Shown in pieces: positions 1 through 14,045 of a stretch of DNA of 64,000 nucleotides (its first letter is position 1; every line of letters starts with the position of its first letter). The translations under genes and the position numbers were made by a program. Below the pieces are notes generated by a model. That model searched no databases. It was given only the letters and a program-made list of their open reading frames with translations, and was not told the DNA's origin. This stretch comes from Octopus bimaculoides (Eukaryota), in contig NC_068983.1 of assembly GCF_001194135.2 (NCBI RefSeq), positions 25,792,594 through 25,856,593 on the forward strand. Reading direction: 5' to 3'.

Positions 1-81
1 TACCAGTTGTGGACTGAGTCTGTATACTCAACTTATGTTCTCTCTGGAAATTTGTAGCCTTGTGCCAAAATTTGAAACCTA

Positions 82-138
82 TAGTAGTAGCAGTAGAAGA
101 AGAAGAAGAAGAAGAAGAAGAAGAAGAAGAAGAAGAAG

Positions 139-229
<91 letters not shown>

Positions 230-305
230 GGTGGTGGTGGTGGTAGTAGTAGATGCAGCAGTATCAATAGTTACGAAAGTAATAATAGTTACAGTAGTAG
301 TAGTA
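82..305. repeat. Compound trinucleotide microsatellite (GAA)n-(GTA)n-(GGT)n
   Basis: Directly visible tandem triplets; they explain the poly-R/E/V/L ORFs in the track. Confidence 0.97.
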
Positions 306-1324
306 AATAATACTATTGTTTCTTTTTTCGTTTTGCGTGCATTTCCATTTTGATTATTTATGTTCATGGTCAAAGCACTTGCTTGCCATAATGAATACGA
401 TACCACGTTAATTTTCAAATTTTTGAACTTTGTCCCTGTGCTGCATTATATTGTAACTACCTTGAGTTAATTACAATAATTAAAATATATGCTAATTTTA
501 TTGGTCTCAATGATATTTTTTTTAACAATAATTATTTTCTTTACAGCTTCTATTATTTTTATCGTTATTTGTTTAAATTGTTATGCTTTGTGTTCTGCCT
601 ACATTTGATCCTGGCTTCTTGCATTGAAGTTAGTTTTCATTAATTACATCATATTTCTGTTATTTTGAATTCATTATTTATACGTTGGTGCATTACAAAA
701 ACGTGGTAAAAGATGGTTAATTAAAATTAAAAATTTTTAAAGAGAATATTTTAGTTCGCTTGAAACATTGTGTATTGTTTGTAAAGAATAAAAAGGTTTT
801 AATGGTACAACAATGCACTATAATATTTAAAAAAATGGACTATATATTTTGTGTAATTTACGGAATACAATTCCTTCTTCAGATCTTCTTAGATGGAGTC
901 TATGCTATAAACTGTTTACTAACGGCTTTTCTTTTGGTCTTTTTTCCGGAAGTGACGTAGTACTGATCAGACTGAACGAAGCAGTTGAGAGCAAAAGGAA
1001 ATCTTGCCTAAATTAATCTGACAAAAATTATCTTGTGGTTTAACTCAAGATTATCATCAACTTTACCAAAGATTTACAAAGTACATAAGTTACAATAGCG
1101 TACTGCAGAATGGGGAGCCTGTGTAGATACATTCAGCCCATCATTTATGATTTGACTTAAACAAACTAGATATAAAGCCTTGGCATTGCTTTCGGTTGTT
1201 TTTGGCATGAATAATCCCAGAGCTTTTGCAGCAAATATGGTACGAGCACGCAGAGCATATTGCAGGATTCCATAGAAATATCCCTGTTCCGCTTCGAAAA
1301 TTTGATGCACTACATAATATATTT

Positions 1325-1463
1325 CTACTCTAGGTACAAAGCCTTTAAAAATATTTTGGGAAAGGGCTAGTCGATTACCACGATCCCAGTGCTTGACTGG
1401 TAACTATTTCATCGACCCCGAAAGGCAAAGGCGACCTCGGCGGAATCTGAACTCAGAATGTAG
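1325..1463 (-). mobile_element. tRNA-derived SINE family A, 5'-truncated copy
   Basis: Aligns by eye to the copies at 25127-25337 and 56652-56865 (ATCGACCCCGAAAGG...AAAGGCGACCTCGGCGGAATCTGAACTCAGAA). Confidence 0.85.
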
Positions 1464-1678
1464 CATTAAAATATACAAATACAAAAATAATAGCAATCAA
1501 ATGGACCAAATTCAAATCCATCCGTTTGAAGAGCGCTTAAAAGTGCTGCATACTTTAACGCGACTGATAAAATCCTTACCAAAATAAATTGAACAACGTG
1601 CAACGAACTATGTATTTTCTGATGTGAGTAACTATGTCCTTATTTCCAGTGTCAATACAATTTTCATCTGGGTTCAGT

Positions 1679-2308
1679 AATATATGTATATATAGACATA
1701 TGTGTGCAAATATGTATATATATAAATATATACGTATATACGCACACATACATGCCCCCCCCCTACACATATATACGAAAAAACCTTGCTAAACAGTAAT
1801 TTATATAGATCTTTTTGGCCTTTTAGCAGTTTGACAATTCCAAAATATTTACATATTATTTCATGATGCTNNNNNNNNNNNNNNNNNNNNNNNNNNNNNN
1901 NNNNNNNNNNNNNNNNNNNNNNNNNNNNNNNNNNNNNNNNNNNNNNNNNNNNNNNNNNNNNNNNNNNNNNNNNNNNNNNNNNNNNNNNNNNNNNNNNNNN
2001 NNNNNNNNNNNNNNNNNNNNNNNNNNNNNNNNNNNNNNNNNNNNNNNNNNNNNNNNNNNNNNNNNNNNNNNNNNNNNNNNNNNNNNNNNNNNNNNNATAT
2101 ATACATAATATAAAAAAATATATGTATATATAGACATATGTGTGCAAATATGTATATATATAAATATATACGTATATACGCACACATACATGCCCCCCCC
2201 CTACACATATATACGAAAAAACCTTGCTAAACAGTAATTTATATAGATCTTTTTGGCCTTTTAGCAGTTTGACAATTCCAAAATATTTACATATTATTTC
2301 ATGATGCT
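1679..2308. other. 192-bp identical duplication on both sides of an N gap (probable assembly overlap artefact)
   Basis: 1679-1870 matches 2117-2308, with only Ns and about 20 bp between them. Confidence 0.85.
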
Positions 2309-2583
2309 TTTTATCACGTTCGTGTCCCAATGGGTATGAAAGCAATGGTCATGTGCGTTCTGAACTTTATCACTTCGGTATTTTCACAAATATGAATACT
2401 ATTAGAAATTAAGTGTGCATCTAAAAGTGTTTTATTTCAATGAATCAAAAAACTGTTTTCTGTTGATACAGATTTCCAGCCCATTCACACACTTACGAAC
2501 AAATACAACCAGATATATACTTATGCATATATGACTGTTTCTGTATGAACGTTACTGTGTAAGGAAGCATATATTTGTTCGTG

Positions 2584-2635
<52 letters not shown>

Positions 2636-3261
2636 CACACACACACATACACACACATATATATATATATATATAATTGATGAAAATATTTCATAAATTT
2701 AAGTAAATGTGTGTAGTGTTGGATAAAAGAATTCTAAAAAAATTAATATATTCAACGCAATTTACTGNNNNNNNNNNNNNNNNNNNNNNNNNNNNNNNNN
2801 NNNNNNNNNNNNNNNNNNNNNNNNNNNNNNNNNNNNNNNNNNNNNNNNNNNNNNNNNNNNNNNNNNNNNNNNNNNNNNNNNNNNNNNNNNNNNNNNNNNN
2901 NNNNNNNNNNNNNNNNNNNNNNNNNNNNNNNNNNNNNNNNNNNNNNNNNNNNNNNNNNNNNNNNNNNNNNNNNNNNNNNNNNNNNNNNNNNNNNNNNNNN
3001 NNNNNNNNNNNNNNNNNNNNNNNNNNNNNNNNNNNNNNNNNNNNNNNNNNNNNNNNNNNNNNNNNNNNNNNNNNNNNNNNNNNNNNNNNNNNNNNNNNNN
3101 NNNNNNNNNNNNNNNNNNNNNNNNNNNNNNNNNNNNNNNNNNNNNNNNNNNNNNNNNNNNNNNNNNNNNNNNNNNNNNNNNNNNNNNNNNNNNNNNNNNN
3201 NNNNNNNNNNNNNNNNNNNNNNNNNNNNNNNNNNNNNNNNNNNNNNNNNNNNNNNNNNNNN

Positions 3262-3319
<58 letters not shown>

Positions 3320-4252
3320 AAGGGAATGAGTGGGAAGTAGTGTGAGAGCAAGTGAGAGAGAGTAAGGCATAGAAATGCGGTACAATATCTGCGTTTTCCA
3401 TTATTATACACCGTGTTCTCAAATACATCACTATTATTTACGTAAAAGAAGTTGGAAAGAAATATACCCATATGAGAATATGAAGTCCATTGTGAAATGA
3501 ATTATATCAATATTTTGTTGCCTTTATACACACTTGGGAGAGAAGTCCAATGTTTTAAACAATATAGCATCCAATTTTGAAGACGTTAACAAACGTAAAA
3601 TTGTCTAAAGAAATGAAGATAATCAGAATTACATGTATTTCTATAGAAAATTGTCTTTTTATTATCCGCAAAGTAATTTTCAATACCCTTGGTATAATTC
3701 TATATAGAGAGTGTAAATTGTCCAAGCGTTCATTTGTGCATTTCATTGAATGATGTTTACCTTAGAGAGATGGAAAATTTCCGTTAGAACAAAACATCTT
3801 TTCTAAGACATAATAATTCAGCTAAGAATCTTTGCAACTACTGCAGCAATCAGATATTAACAACAAAAGCACCCTTCCCTCTAACACCACCAACAGCTCA
3901 ATTATCACATAAATAAGAATCAGAAATAGAAGTTGGTAATATGTTTTATGCTTTGCATCAGCTGATTCATATCTGCATTTCCACCATCGTTTTTATACGC
4001 GTAAAACATATATGCAGATGCTTTAATATTCCTTTGTCTGACAATAAATCCTTAAAAGAAATCGGTCTCATTGTTGTTTCGAAGCAAAATTTACAACAGA
4101 GAATCGGTAATCCAAAACACAGAACCCCAAGATCTGCTTATGTATTTGGAAGCTGTAACATCTAAAATGCATATTGAAATTTGACTATCTACCTGTACGT
4201 TCGTACAACAGATGATTACTGCTATGAAATGCTACTGAGTTCTTAGAAGTGT

Positions 4253-4639
4253 TGTGGAGGCGCAATGGCCAAGTGGTTAGGGCAGCGGACTCGCGGTCAT
4301 AAGATCGCGGTTTCGATCCCAGACCGGGCGTTGTGAGTGTTTATTAAGCGAAAACACCTAAAGCTCCACGAGGCTCCGGCAGGGGATGGTGGCGAACCCT
4401 GCTGTACTCTTTCACCACAACTTTCTCTCACTCTTACTTCTTGTTTCTGTTGTACCTCTATTTCAAAGGGCCAAACTTGTCTCACTGTGTCACGCTGAAT
4501 ATCCCCGAGAACTACGTTAAGGGTACACGTGTCTGTGGAGTGCTCAGCCATTTGCACGTTAATTTCACGAGCAGGCTGTTCCGTTGATTGAATCAACTGG
4601 AACCCTCGACGTCGTAAGCGACGGAGTGCCAACAACAAC
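4253..4639 (+). mobile_element. tRNA(Arg)-like-headed SINE family C, full length
   Basis: A box TGGCCAAGTGG, B box GTTTCGATCCC, GC-richer body of about 390 bp and an (AAC)n tail. Confidence 0.85.
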
Positions 4640-6013
4640 TTTGAAGTGTTAATAAATACCAGTTTAAGATTTCAAATAGTGTTGACATTAATATGCGATA
4701 TGATATACGAAATATTATCTATTGCTACGTGTATATATGTACTATTTTACTTTCCCCTCTGTTGCAGGTTGCTAGATTTCACTACGGAATAATAAGGCAT
4801 CAATTCATGTTTTGAGCAGACTATACCAACCGCATATTTATTTGCTAAAACACAGAGACCTATGAGTGTGTGGATTTTTCAGGCGTGCAATTCTGAGTAG
4901 CCGTGTAGCGAACCAACAGATTTACGTAAATACATAAATATATCTTTTACTCGCTTGGACTTAAAAAGCAATGTCTGCATTTATGTATTTGCCCATGTCT
5001 GTCTCTTTCTATCTATATGCACACATACGTTTTTACATATAGATGTATGCATGTGTGTGTGTATATATATATGTGTATGTGTGTGCGTGTGTATGTACGT
5101 GTGTGTATGTATGCATACATACACTATATACATATGTGTGTGTGTGTGTGTATGTATATACATATACACACACATACAAACACACACATACACACACACA
5201 CACATTGTGCGAGTGTAACAATATTGGAGAATTCGTTCGTGAATGAAATATATTAGGGATGTTTCGATAGTTTTTGTGCTCGAATTATGCATTCCGCATT
5301 AGTTGAGATTCCGACGTCCGAAGTTCTCGCTTTACCAGATATTCATGTATCGGTATATACCTATATATCAGTATTAGTGCAACGGATATTATTCCTATTA
5401 TTTCGTCTGTATCAGAAACAGTTCATTACCATATTTAGATATCCAGTGTTCTGTATTCCTTATCTATTTTAATCTTATATAGGGACATAACTTCATTATG
5501 TTGAGAAATGTATCTTTAATATTATTGTAACCAGTAAGAACATATTTCCCGGGTTATGATATAACTTCAACCCATTCATTATTAAGTTGTCTCAGGATAT
5601 ATGAGACGTATAGTATAAAATGTGATAAAGAACATAACATCATAGGTGCATATCAATATTTGTTATAACTATATTTCCTGCAATATATGAAGAAGTCGAA
5701 GAATTTCTCGAGAAACATGAATATTTGGAGAAATTCCTTTGCATTTGGATTTTAAAAAATTCTTAACTGTGGAATTTTATATTTCAAAATCTGTCAATAT
5801 TGTATGAGCATATGTTCTATAAAGATCACGCAGCATGTTGATTAATTAAACATTCCTAATTAAATTCTAAAATAAGGAAAAACAAATTAAGAAGTACTTA
5901 ATTAATGCAACAACTTTACATGAAGACAAAGTGGTGCTTGAGCTGGGGGCTGAGTGTTATAGGAATTATCTTGAAAAAATATCAAGAATTTATAAAATTA
6001 AATGAAACCTTAC

Positions 6014-6058
6014 CTGTTCAATCCAGACATTTGTTGTCAGCACTTGGTTAACTTCATC
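6014..6058 (-). CDS. Internal 45-bp exon of a nicotinic acetylcholine receptor-like (Cys-loop) subunit
   Basis: Minus strand reads tttatctattctcttccacag|GATGAAGTTAACCAAGTGCTGACAACAAATGTCTGGATTGAACAG|gtaagg, translating to DEVNQVLTTNVWIEQ. Polypyrimidine tract plus CAG acceptor, GTAAG donor, phase 0/0. Matches the DEKNQ-x-TTNVW ligand-binding-domain motif and the conserved 45-bp nAChR exon. Confidence 0.93.
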
Positions 6059-7736
6059 CTGTGGAAGAGAATAGATAAAAGAAATTGTTATTTAGTGCAA
6101 TCAACGGTAATAAATTGACAATCTCTTGAATCTGTAATATAAAATTTAATTGATTAACTGCATAATCAATCATATGGCTTTCGGATAACCTTCACTTTTA
6201 TCAGAACTATAATTTATGCTAAGATACAATTTGTCTAGCACTCAAAATGATAACCGAATGTTTTACTATTCTAATTTTTTTAGTGTTAGATGTTAAAAAT
6301 AATCATTTAGAAAATGTCGACGCTAAATCATTGTGCAAACTTTGCTGTTATATCCTATTTCAGGGCAAAACATTTTGAAATAATGTAAATTAATCGATAA
6401 TACTTGGCAGTTTCATTTATGCTTTTATTTTCATAATTAATGTTTCCTATAAACTTTTTCAAAATGTTCGTTTCGGAAGTTCAACGATACCTTACATTAA
6501 TACTTTTTGATCTTGCATTAACTTTCAGGATGTCTCAAAGAAATAAATACCTTCTGTTTATTTTATCTTTCGTTGGCATTGCCGCACTCCATGGAATACA
6601 ACATGATTTGTCTTATTAGTTTATCGGAGTAGTGGAGGGTGGTAACAACCAAGTAATTGGTTGGCATCACAGTGAAGTTAAGCAAATATGAGTTAAGCAA
6701 ATATGTATTCAACTGGTGTAGATTAATTTTTATTGAACATTCTCATCCAGGGACTGATTTTCATTTCTTGGGAGTTGTGAAGACGAAGTATTGGATAAAG
6801 TAAATACACGTGCACAGAGAGCGTTGGGATATTTCAAAAATAATTATAGGTACACTAAATGAGGAAAATAGTAAAAAATCTTGATTGCAGGTTAGTCGAT
6901 TAATATGTAGCCAAATTTTGACGAGCTGACAGGTAGTTTTTGTTTGTATATGTAAAAGCGCGCTCTCTCTCTCTCTCTGATATGTAAAGAGCAATAACGT
7001 TCTACGAGATCTGTATAGAGTAACGTATAACACCGAGTATGCTATCCGGTCCAGAATAGGATATGTGGTAGTAATTACACATTTAATTCTAATTCTGATA
7101 TCACTGTCATCAAAATTGATAAGACTTGTCAGTTATTAAACATATAGAAATTTGTATATGCGAGTTGCATTTAATGCAAGATACCTTGTTTGATATCTAT
7201 TGCGACTGAGTGTTAGTTTTCTGAAAGGAAATAGCAGAAGCACTTTGCCGAATTTCGGATATTTTCAAAAAACAATTAAGAAAAATAAAGAAAGCATACA
7301 ATTTTTTAATAAAATGTTTATGTTGATTATAATTATCCAATGTATTCTGAATATTAATGAGAAGTAAAACTAAGAATCCGATAGGAAACGGCATGGAAGT
7401 AGTTTATTCTACATAAATTAAATCCAAAATTTGAGTCATAACAGTAGATATCAAGATGACTACGAAACAATGAGGAAGTCTTTCAGAGTCTATCTACATG
7501 AAATAATATCACTGAAAGCTCTTTTTATGCCTCAATAATCAAATAATGTGACCCTCAGTTCCCGTAAAAAGATGGGATTGTCATACTTATCCCAATATTA
7601 GCTCTAAGCCGTGGACAGATATGGTGCTTTTACGAATTTTATGATAAGAGAAAATTTTCTTTAGGCTAATTGCAGTGAATTGGCGTTTTAGCAGTTGAAA
7701 TATGTCACAAACACATTTTAACTAATCTACGTTTTG

Positions 7737-7808
<72 letters not shown>
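7737..7808. repeat. (TA)n microsatellite
   Basis: Directly visible. Confidence 0.97.
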
Positions 7809-7816
<8 letters not shown>

Positions 7817-9719
7817 CATATGTCTGTATAATACAACCTAAATTTTCAGTTTGGCTGAAAACGATGTCATTAGGTTTCTCTCTAGCCTAAGATTGTAGTA
7901 TTGCCTGGAAATATTCGCTGATTATGTCTGCTTAAGTAACTAAATGAATTTATTTATGTTATATATTTATAATGCAGCCTTGTCTGCAACTAAAAACAAA
8001 AGGGGTATGATGAGATCAATACAGCAACGTGAAATACATTCTTTGATAATTTTATTTGCATTTGTATCATAATTAACTGTTAATTGATAGAAAAGCCAAT
8101 TATGATAATACCCTTTTGAAAGGTCTAAAATATTTGTTGCAGTTCCCGAAGGTTAAAAAACAGGTAGTATTTTATCAGATTCTGTTTATTTGAATGCGTT
8201 ACTATTTGCAAATAGAAACTGGTGCGTACATAGTTTTACATTATTATCATCACTACATCAAAAGTTCAGTAAAGCAGACGCAAACTGCGAGGCCTTTTGA
8301 CATTAAGTATGAATTTATTTTAATAATACTTTTGGGATATGCATAATTTGTTTCAAGCTAAACGTTTTTGCACACTCGTACAAAGAGACCAATATTGCTA
8401 TTAATATAAACAAAGTCTGCTTTTAACACTGAGAAGTCTTCCGTGATCATGAACATGGAAACAGACAAAGGTTATACTTTAACATTCATTTCATAATCAT
8501 TAGGCTTTGATGTTTTAACGGAATATAATAGAATAACTACTAATATTTTAGATATTTGTGATACAGATATGCGCAAAATGAATTACATTTCAATGCAATA
8601 GCTTAATGTTATGGCAAGAAAATGCAAGATCAAGTCCGATGCATTTGAATTTAGAACGCTGGCGAACGAAACTCTGTATGTCCCGCGTATTTCCCGATGC
8701 CTGCATATCTAGGGATGAAAATACTTTCTCAGAAATGCAACATTTGTGCGAAGGCATAGTCCACTATAGTCAGCTTTAACGAGTACTTATCATAGTGAAT
8801 ACAGAATCATAGCAAGGAATTCGCCCAATGCCATCTAATTTGATAACGCAAAGGAAAGCAAATTAAAATCAAAGGCTAATTTGTTTAGCGCATTACCGAT
8901 TCTTCTTTTCATATATAATATTTTAAAAACTATTGTTTCTTTATTACTAAGCTCGATTGTTCTTGAAACTGGAAAAAATGTATATGTAGATCAGATTTTT
9001 AGAAAGCAAGCTACAATGAAATATTTTGAATTGAATATAGAATATAAAAAAAAAAAAAATCTTTGCATATTTATAAATGCCATCAGAAGCACTTTCCTTA
9101 AGGTTATTTACAATCAATACTTCTATAACTGTCTTATAAATTCATACGTATAACTAATATCAAAGTTAAACTTTTACTGTTTGCACTAGATTCATTCTGT
9201 TTCTATTCGTATTTGAAATAGCTATGAATTTCATGAAGCTTTATATGTATAAATGCATTTTCGGTAAGTTATCTCAGATACGTACACCAATGTATTATAT
9301 TTTACATACTTCATTTAGTTAATGCTTTTCTACGTGGTAGCGTAATTTGCTAGATGTAGCAGCCATATCCCAAAAATATTCTGATCCATCGAAAAAAAAA
9401 AAGATCACATTTGAAAATGTAAGCTTGTATTACAAAAGACTGTTCTGTTAAGACTGGAGGACCGTCGAATGATAGCTTACCCGATCAGCGTTGATTTAGT
9501 GCACGTTTTGGTTGTCTGATAAATTCCTTCAGTTAGTTACATTGTTTTTTCAATTAACACGAAAATAAAATCATGCTTTATAGGTGTTTTTTCTTCAGCT
9601 TTATGCATTCTTCTATAATTTTTGTTTATTGTTTTTGAAGTTTAAATAAACGTTTCAATCATATAACGACGGAGTGCCAAGTGTTAGAAAACTGAACATT
9701 ATCAACAGATTCTATCCGT

Positions 9720-10460
9720 TTTCAATCTAAGTTACATTGATAACACAAGAACATTTTGTGCTCAGTTGGGAAAAGGTGCTTTACCTGACCTGCCAAGAAA
9801 TGATCTCTTACTATTTAAGGAGAGATGATTGAAACTCACAGACTCTCGGCATTACAATTGTTCTGTAAAATGTGGTTTGAGTGCAAAATCTCATTCACTA
9901 GGATCCGCACCAATCCACAAAGGAATTGACCTATCAGAAGGATGCTTTCAATATACTGTGACCCGCTAATTTCACTGGATGGGTACCTCAAGCATTGAAT
10001 GAGTATCGAATACTAGCACTCCTCAATCATGTTTTGCGTCCGACAAAAGGTTACTTGTGGACTCAAATAGAAATTTATTTACCGCATTGTCACCGGTGTT
10101 GAAAAAAGGTGTCTCTTGGTCAATATGAAATAAAGGAAAGAATATTTTGCGCAGTAACAACCAAGGAGCAACTCGACGCTATCCAGATAAGCATACATGC
10201 CAGAAAATGATAAGCGTTTGGCTGATTTAAGGAGGATTAATCCACTACAAAATGGCTGAAGAAAATAAAGTATACTGCCAATACAGTGTTTTACGTCCAG
10301 AAAATGTACCTGCTCAATGGCGCAATCTAGCTGAAAAGACACGACCGGTGATACGGTACGCTTCTTCAGTGCGATAACGATGGTAGCTACGTTGCTAATT
10401 TGACCAAAAATGCTACGCAAGAGATCAGTTTTAAAATAGAACCTACTTTGACCAGAAGAT
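9720..10460 (+). pseudogene. Decayed mariner transposase
   Basis: Plus-frame fragments WVPQALNE, RIVTGVEKR (compare RIVTGDEKW) and LQCDNDGSYVANLTKNATQE (compare LQHDNARPHVA), broken by many stops. Confidence 0.82.
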
Positions 10461-10484
10461 GTAGACGAAATACCAATAATCATA

Positions 10485-10835
10485 TGATAGAAAAGAAGTA
10501 AAGAAACAAAAGAGGAGAAAATAAGGTATCAGAGTAAGTGAGAGAGAGAAGATAGAAAGAAATTAAACGAGAAAAGGAAGAGAGAAAGGGAGCGAGTGAG
10601 AGAAAGAGAGAGAAATAATATGAGAGAGAGAGAAATAATATGTGATAGGAAACGGGAAAGAATGTATATAGAAAGAATGTACCTGAGGGAGAGAGAGACA
10701 GAGGAAGAAAGAGAGAGTGAAAGAGAGAGAAAGATAGAGAAAGGGAAAAAGAGAGAAAGGGAAAAAGAGAGAAAGGAGAGAGTGTAAGAGAAGGCGGGAA
10801 GAAAAGAGTGAGAAGGAGAGAGAGAGTGTATGAGA
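10485..10835. repeat. GA-rich low-complexity tract
   Basis: Degenerate (GA)n/(GAAA)n. Confidence 0.9.
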
Positions 10836-11019
10836 TCAAACACATTTCAGTAAATAGAAAACAGATTCTATTCTGTTACATGACTGTTTCAGCTTTTAAG
10901 CTGCGACCACGCTGGGCCTCTATATTCAGAGGATTTAATCGGATTTTATCGTCAAAAATATTTTACACTTAACTTGCATTATCGAGGCCATCTTTCGTAT
11001 ACGGAGCCGTATATGGGAT

Positions 11020-11768
11020 GGATAAGTTGGGCATGATATACAACAAGGACGGTAAGACAAATGATTTGTAAAGAGCCAAATTTGTATGGTTATTTATATG
11101 TCGCTGGCGCCAAACACGTGACTCCAAGCTACCAAATGCTTTTGCTGCCCTTTGTATTCGCAGATATATTTCTGTATCAAGATTTCCATCATTTAGTACA
11201 GAGCTTCCAAGGTAGATGAACGAATCGACAACCTCAAGTAACTTACTGTTAACAAAAATTTTAGTGGCGTTTCAAATAGCACCACACGCAGGTTGAATCA
11301 TTAAAACAGCTGTTTTCAAGTTTATGGTCAGACCAAAATCATCACAAGCTGAGTCAAAAGCAGATACAAGAGATTGCACACCTGTTTCAGAATGACTGAG
11401 AAGAACGCAATTGGCAGCGTATAAAAGTTTTCTAATGAGTGAAGTAAAAACCTTTATTTTGAATTTCAGTGTTGCTCAGATGAAAAACGTTTCCTGTTGC
11501 TGGCTATTTTATGTACACACCTTACTCAGAGTTTTGAAAAGCCTATGACAACACAACAGCAAAGTATATTGCAAAGCGGGTGGGTGCATCAAGATCTCCA
11601 TGCTTTACTCCATTTTCACAGCAAAAGATTTAGGGAGCCAACCAGAAAATTAATTTTAGCTTTCATATCTTCATAAGCCCTAATCATGTTTATAATTTTT
11701 TCTGGGCAACCTATTTTCTTTAGAATTAGCCACAGAACATTTCGTTTAACAGTATCGAATGCTTTATA
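11020..11768 (-). mobile_element. RTE-clade LINE reverse transcriptase fragment
   Basis: Minus-frame peptides YKAFDTVKRNVLWLILKKIGCPEKIINMIR, KLLYAANCVLLSHSE, FGLTINLK and RIQRAAKAFGSLESRVWRQRHINNHTNLALYKSFVLPSLLY, with frameshifts and stops; runs into a gap. Confidence 0.9.
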
Positions 11769-11881
11769 NNNNNNNNNNNNNNNNNNNNNNNNNNNNNNNN
11801 NNNNNNNNNNNNNNNNNNNNNNNNNNNNNNNNNNNNNNNNNNNNNNNNNNNNNNNNNNNNNNNNNNNNNNNNNNNNNNNNN

Positions 11882-11919
<38 letters not shown>

Positions 11920-12180
11920 ATGTATGTATGTATGTATGTATGTATGTATGTATAAAGTCTGTTTGATGTGAAGCTGAGGCCTTTCCAGACAGGCACTTGA
12001 CGCGAATACTGGGCTATCAACACCGTTGGGATCCAACCCAAGGTAGTTCTAAAAGAATTACGTAATCTATTCGGTTTCTGGGTATTGGAGAGACACTACC
12101 TCAGACGTGCATCAAAGGCATGGTATTATATATCGGGAGGAAAGAAAAAGGTAACAAAAATTAAAAGTGTGTATGCGGGA

Positions 12181-12463
12181 GTATTATTATTATCATTATT
12201 ATTATTATTATTTATTCAAGGCTCTGTCTGGAATTGAACTCAGAATCTTGGGGTTAGTAGCCCACGTTCTTAACCGTTACGCTATATGCCCATCGGCATC
12301 ATAATAACATCAGCAAAAATACTTTAGGAATGAGAAGCCAGGGTTGGGTTTGAAATTCTACCAGGACACCTGATGAAGTCCGGAGAGTAAATCAGTCGAA
12401 ATTTGTGGTAACAACAAACAAGATGGAGACACATATCCGTCCAATGTAAATAATGTAAATAAT
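12181..12463. mobile_element. Composite repeat: tRNA-like head with (AAT)n tail on the minus strand, back to back with a decayed hammerhead on the plus strand
   Basis: Minus 12291-12222 has A-box TAGCGTAACGG and B-box AGTTCAATTCC. Plus 12365-12407 reads GACAC CTGATGA ... GAAA TTT GTG. Confidence 0.7.
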
Positions 12464-13764
12464 ATATATACTTATATATGTTCATATATTATAGGTAGCG
12501 GGTTGTATCTATATTGCTATACCTAAATTTACCACACACTTCGAAGCAACAGAGATAGCTTTATCTGAATAAGATGAATAATTATGCTCCACATTACATA
12601 CGGTGTACTCCCACGCCACATGCACGTCGACAAACATACGCACATTCCAGAAAATAGTAGAATTGGAGAAATGTGTAAGTGGGCTGCGTCAGCAAATAGT
12701 AATACATTTTGAAACAACTTCGCTGTTTGAACTATAAATATATTTATTTTCTGTGCGTCACTAAAAGGCAAAAATCACGTTTCCAAGTTTAAAAGCTAGA
12801 TATCATGTTCTGCAAACTAACAATTATCAGTTGCAATTAAAATCTTGATTGGTTACTGAAGGATATTAGGTTTGATAGTGGTGTTTTGTCTGGAAATTTA
12901 GAGTCCAGGGAATTTGTATATAATCATTTCTACCTACCTATCTATCTATCTATCTATCTCTCTCTCTCTCTCTCTCTCTNNNNNNNNNNNNNNNNNNNNN
13001 NNNNNNNNNNNNNNNNNNNNNNNNNNNNNNNNNNNNNNNNNNNNNNNNNNNNNNNNNNNNNNNNNNNNNNNNNNNNNNNNNNNNNNNNNNNNNNNNNNNN
13101 NNNNNNNNNNNNNNNNNNNNNNNNNNNNNNNNNNNNNNNNNNNNNNNNNNNNNNNNNNNNNNNNNNNNNNNNNNNNNNNNNNNNNNNNNNNNNNNNNNNN
13201 NNNNNNNNNNNNNNNNNNNNNNNNNNNNNNNNNNNNNNNNNNNNNNNNNNNNNNNNNNNNNNNNNNNNNNNNNNNNNNNNNNNNNNNNNNNNNNNNNNNN
13301 NNNNNNNNNNNNNNNNNNNNNNNNNNNNNNNNNNNNNNNNNNNNNNNNNNNNNNNNNNNNNNNNNNNNNNNNNNNNNNNNNNNNNNNNNNNNNNNNNNNN
13401 NNNNNNNNNNNNNNNNNNNNNNNNNNNNNNNNNNNNNNNTATATATATATATATATTTAATATATTTAATATATTTAATATATTTAATCCTTTATATTGA
13501 ACACTCAATATTTCATCTATTCAATAAGATATATTCCATATATTCAATAAGACATTCAATATTTTATTTCATTGTACTATCCATTTTATTTTATATTATA
13601 TATTGTATATTATATTATATATTGTATATTCCATATTCTATATCCCACATTGGTTTTGCAGGAATATAAATAAAACATAAAAAACAGACAGTGTTGGAAC
13701 TCTTTTAAACAAAATAATATATATATATATACACATACACATACATATGTATGCATGAAAATAA

Positions 13765-13964
13765 GCACAAGCATGACTGTGATAAGAAGCTTGCTTCCAA
13801 GTCTCATACATTCAGGTTTGTTGTCACTGCGTGAAACTTAGTACAGTGTCTTCTACCGAGCCACGAGAATGGACTTCGAAGACGGAAACCGATAGAATCC
13901 CATTATGTATGTGTTTATGTATGTTTGTATGTATGCATGCATTTATATATGTTTATAAATATGC

Positions 13965-14045
<81 letters not shown>

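Noticed and set aside
855-890. Minus-strand CTGAAGA-A-GGAAT TGT ATTCC-GTAAA
   Set aside because: GAAA is interrupted and there is no stem I or stem III.
1074-1310. 78-aa minus-strand ORF with protein-like composition
   Set aside because: Only a vague resemblance to permease or hAT C-terminal segments; no diagnostic motif or convincing splice pair.
1679-2308. Apparent tandem duplication
   Set aside because: Identical copies flank an N gap, typical of an unmerged contig overlap.
7415-7480. Minus-frame VVILISTVMTQILDL resembling the upstream nAChR exon end
   Set aside because: No GT donor after the codon, no RPV motif and an in-frame stop shortly upstream.
10079-10483. 134-aa minus-strand ORF
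   Set aside because: It is the antisense of the decayed plus-strand mariner.
11955-12130. Possible plus-strand RTE fragment (KLRPFQ..HLTRILGY)
   Set aside because: Too short and frameshifted to call with confidence.
12222-12291. Possible tRNA gene
   Set aside because: Poor acceptor-stem pairing, an unusual ACT anticodon and repeat context; treated as a SINE-type head.
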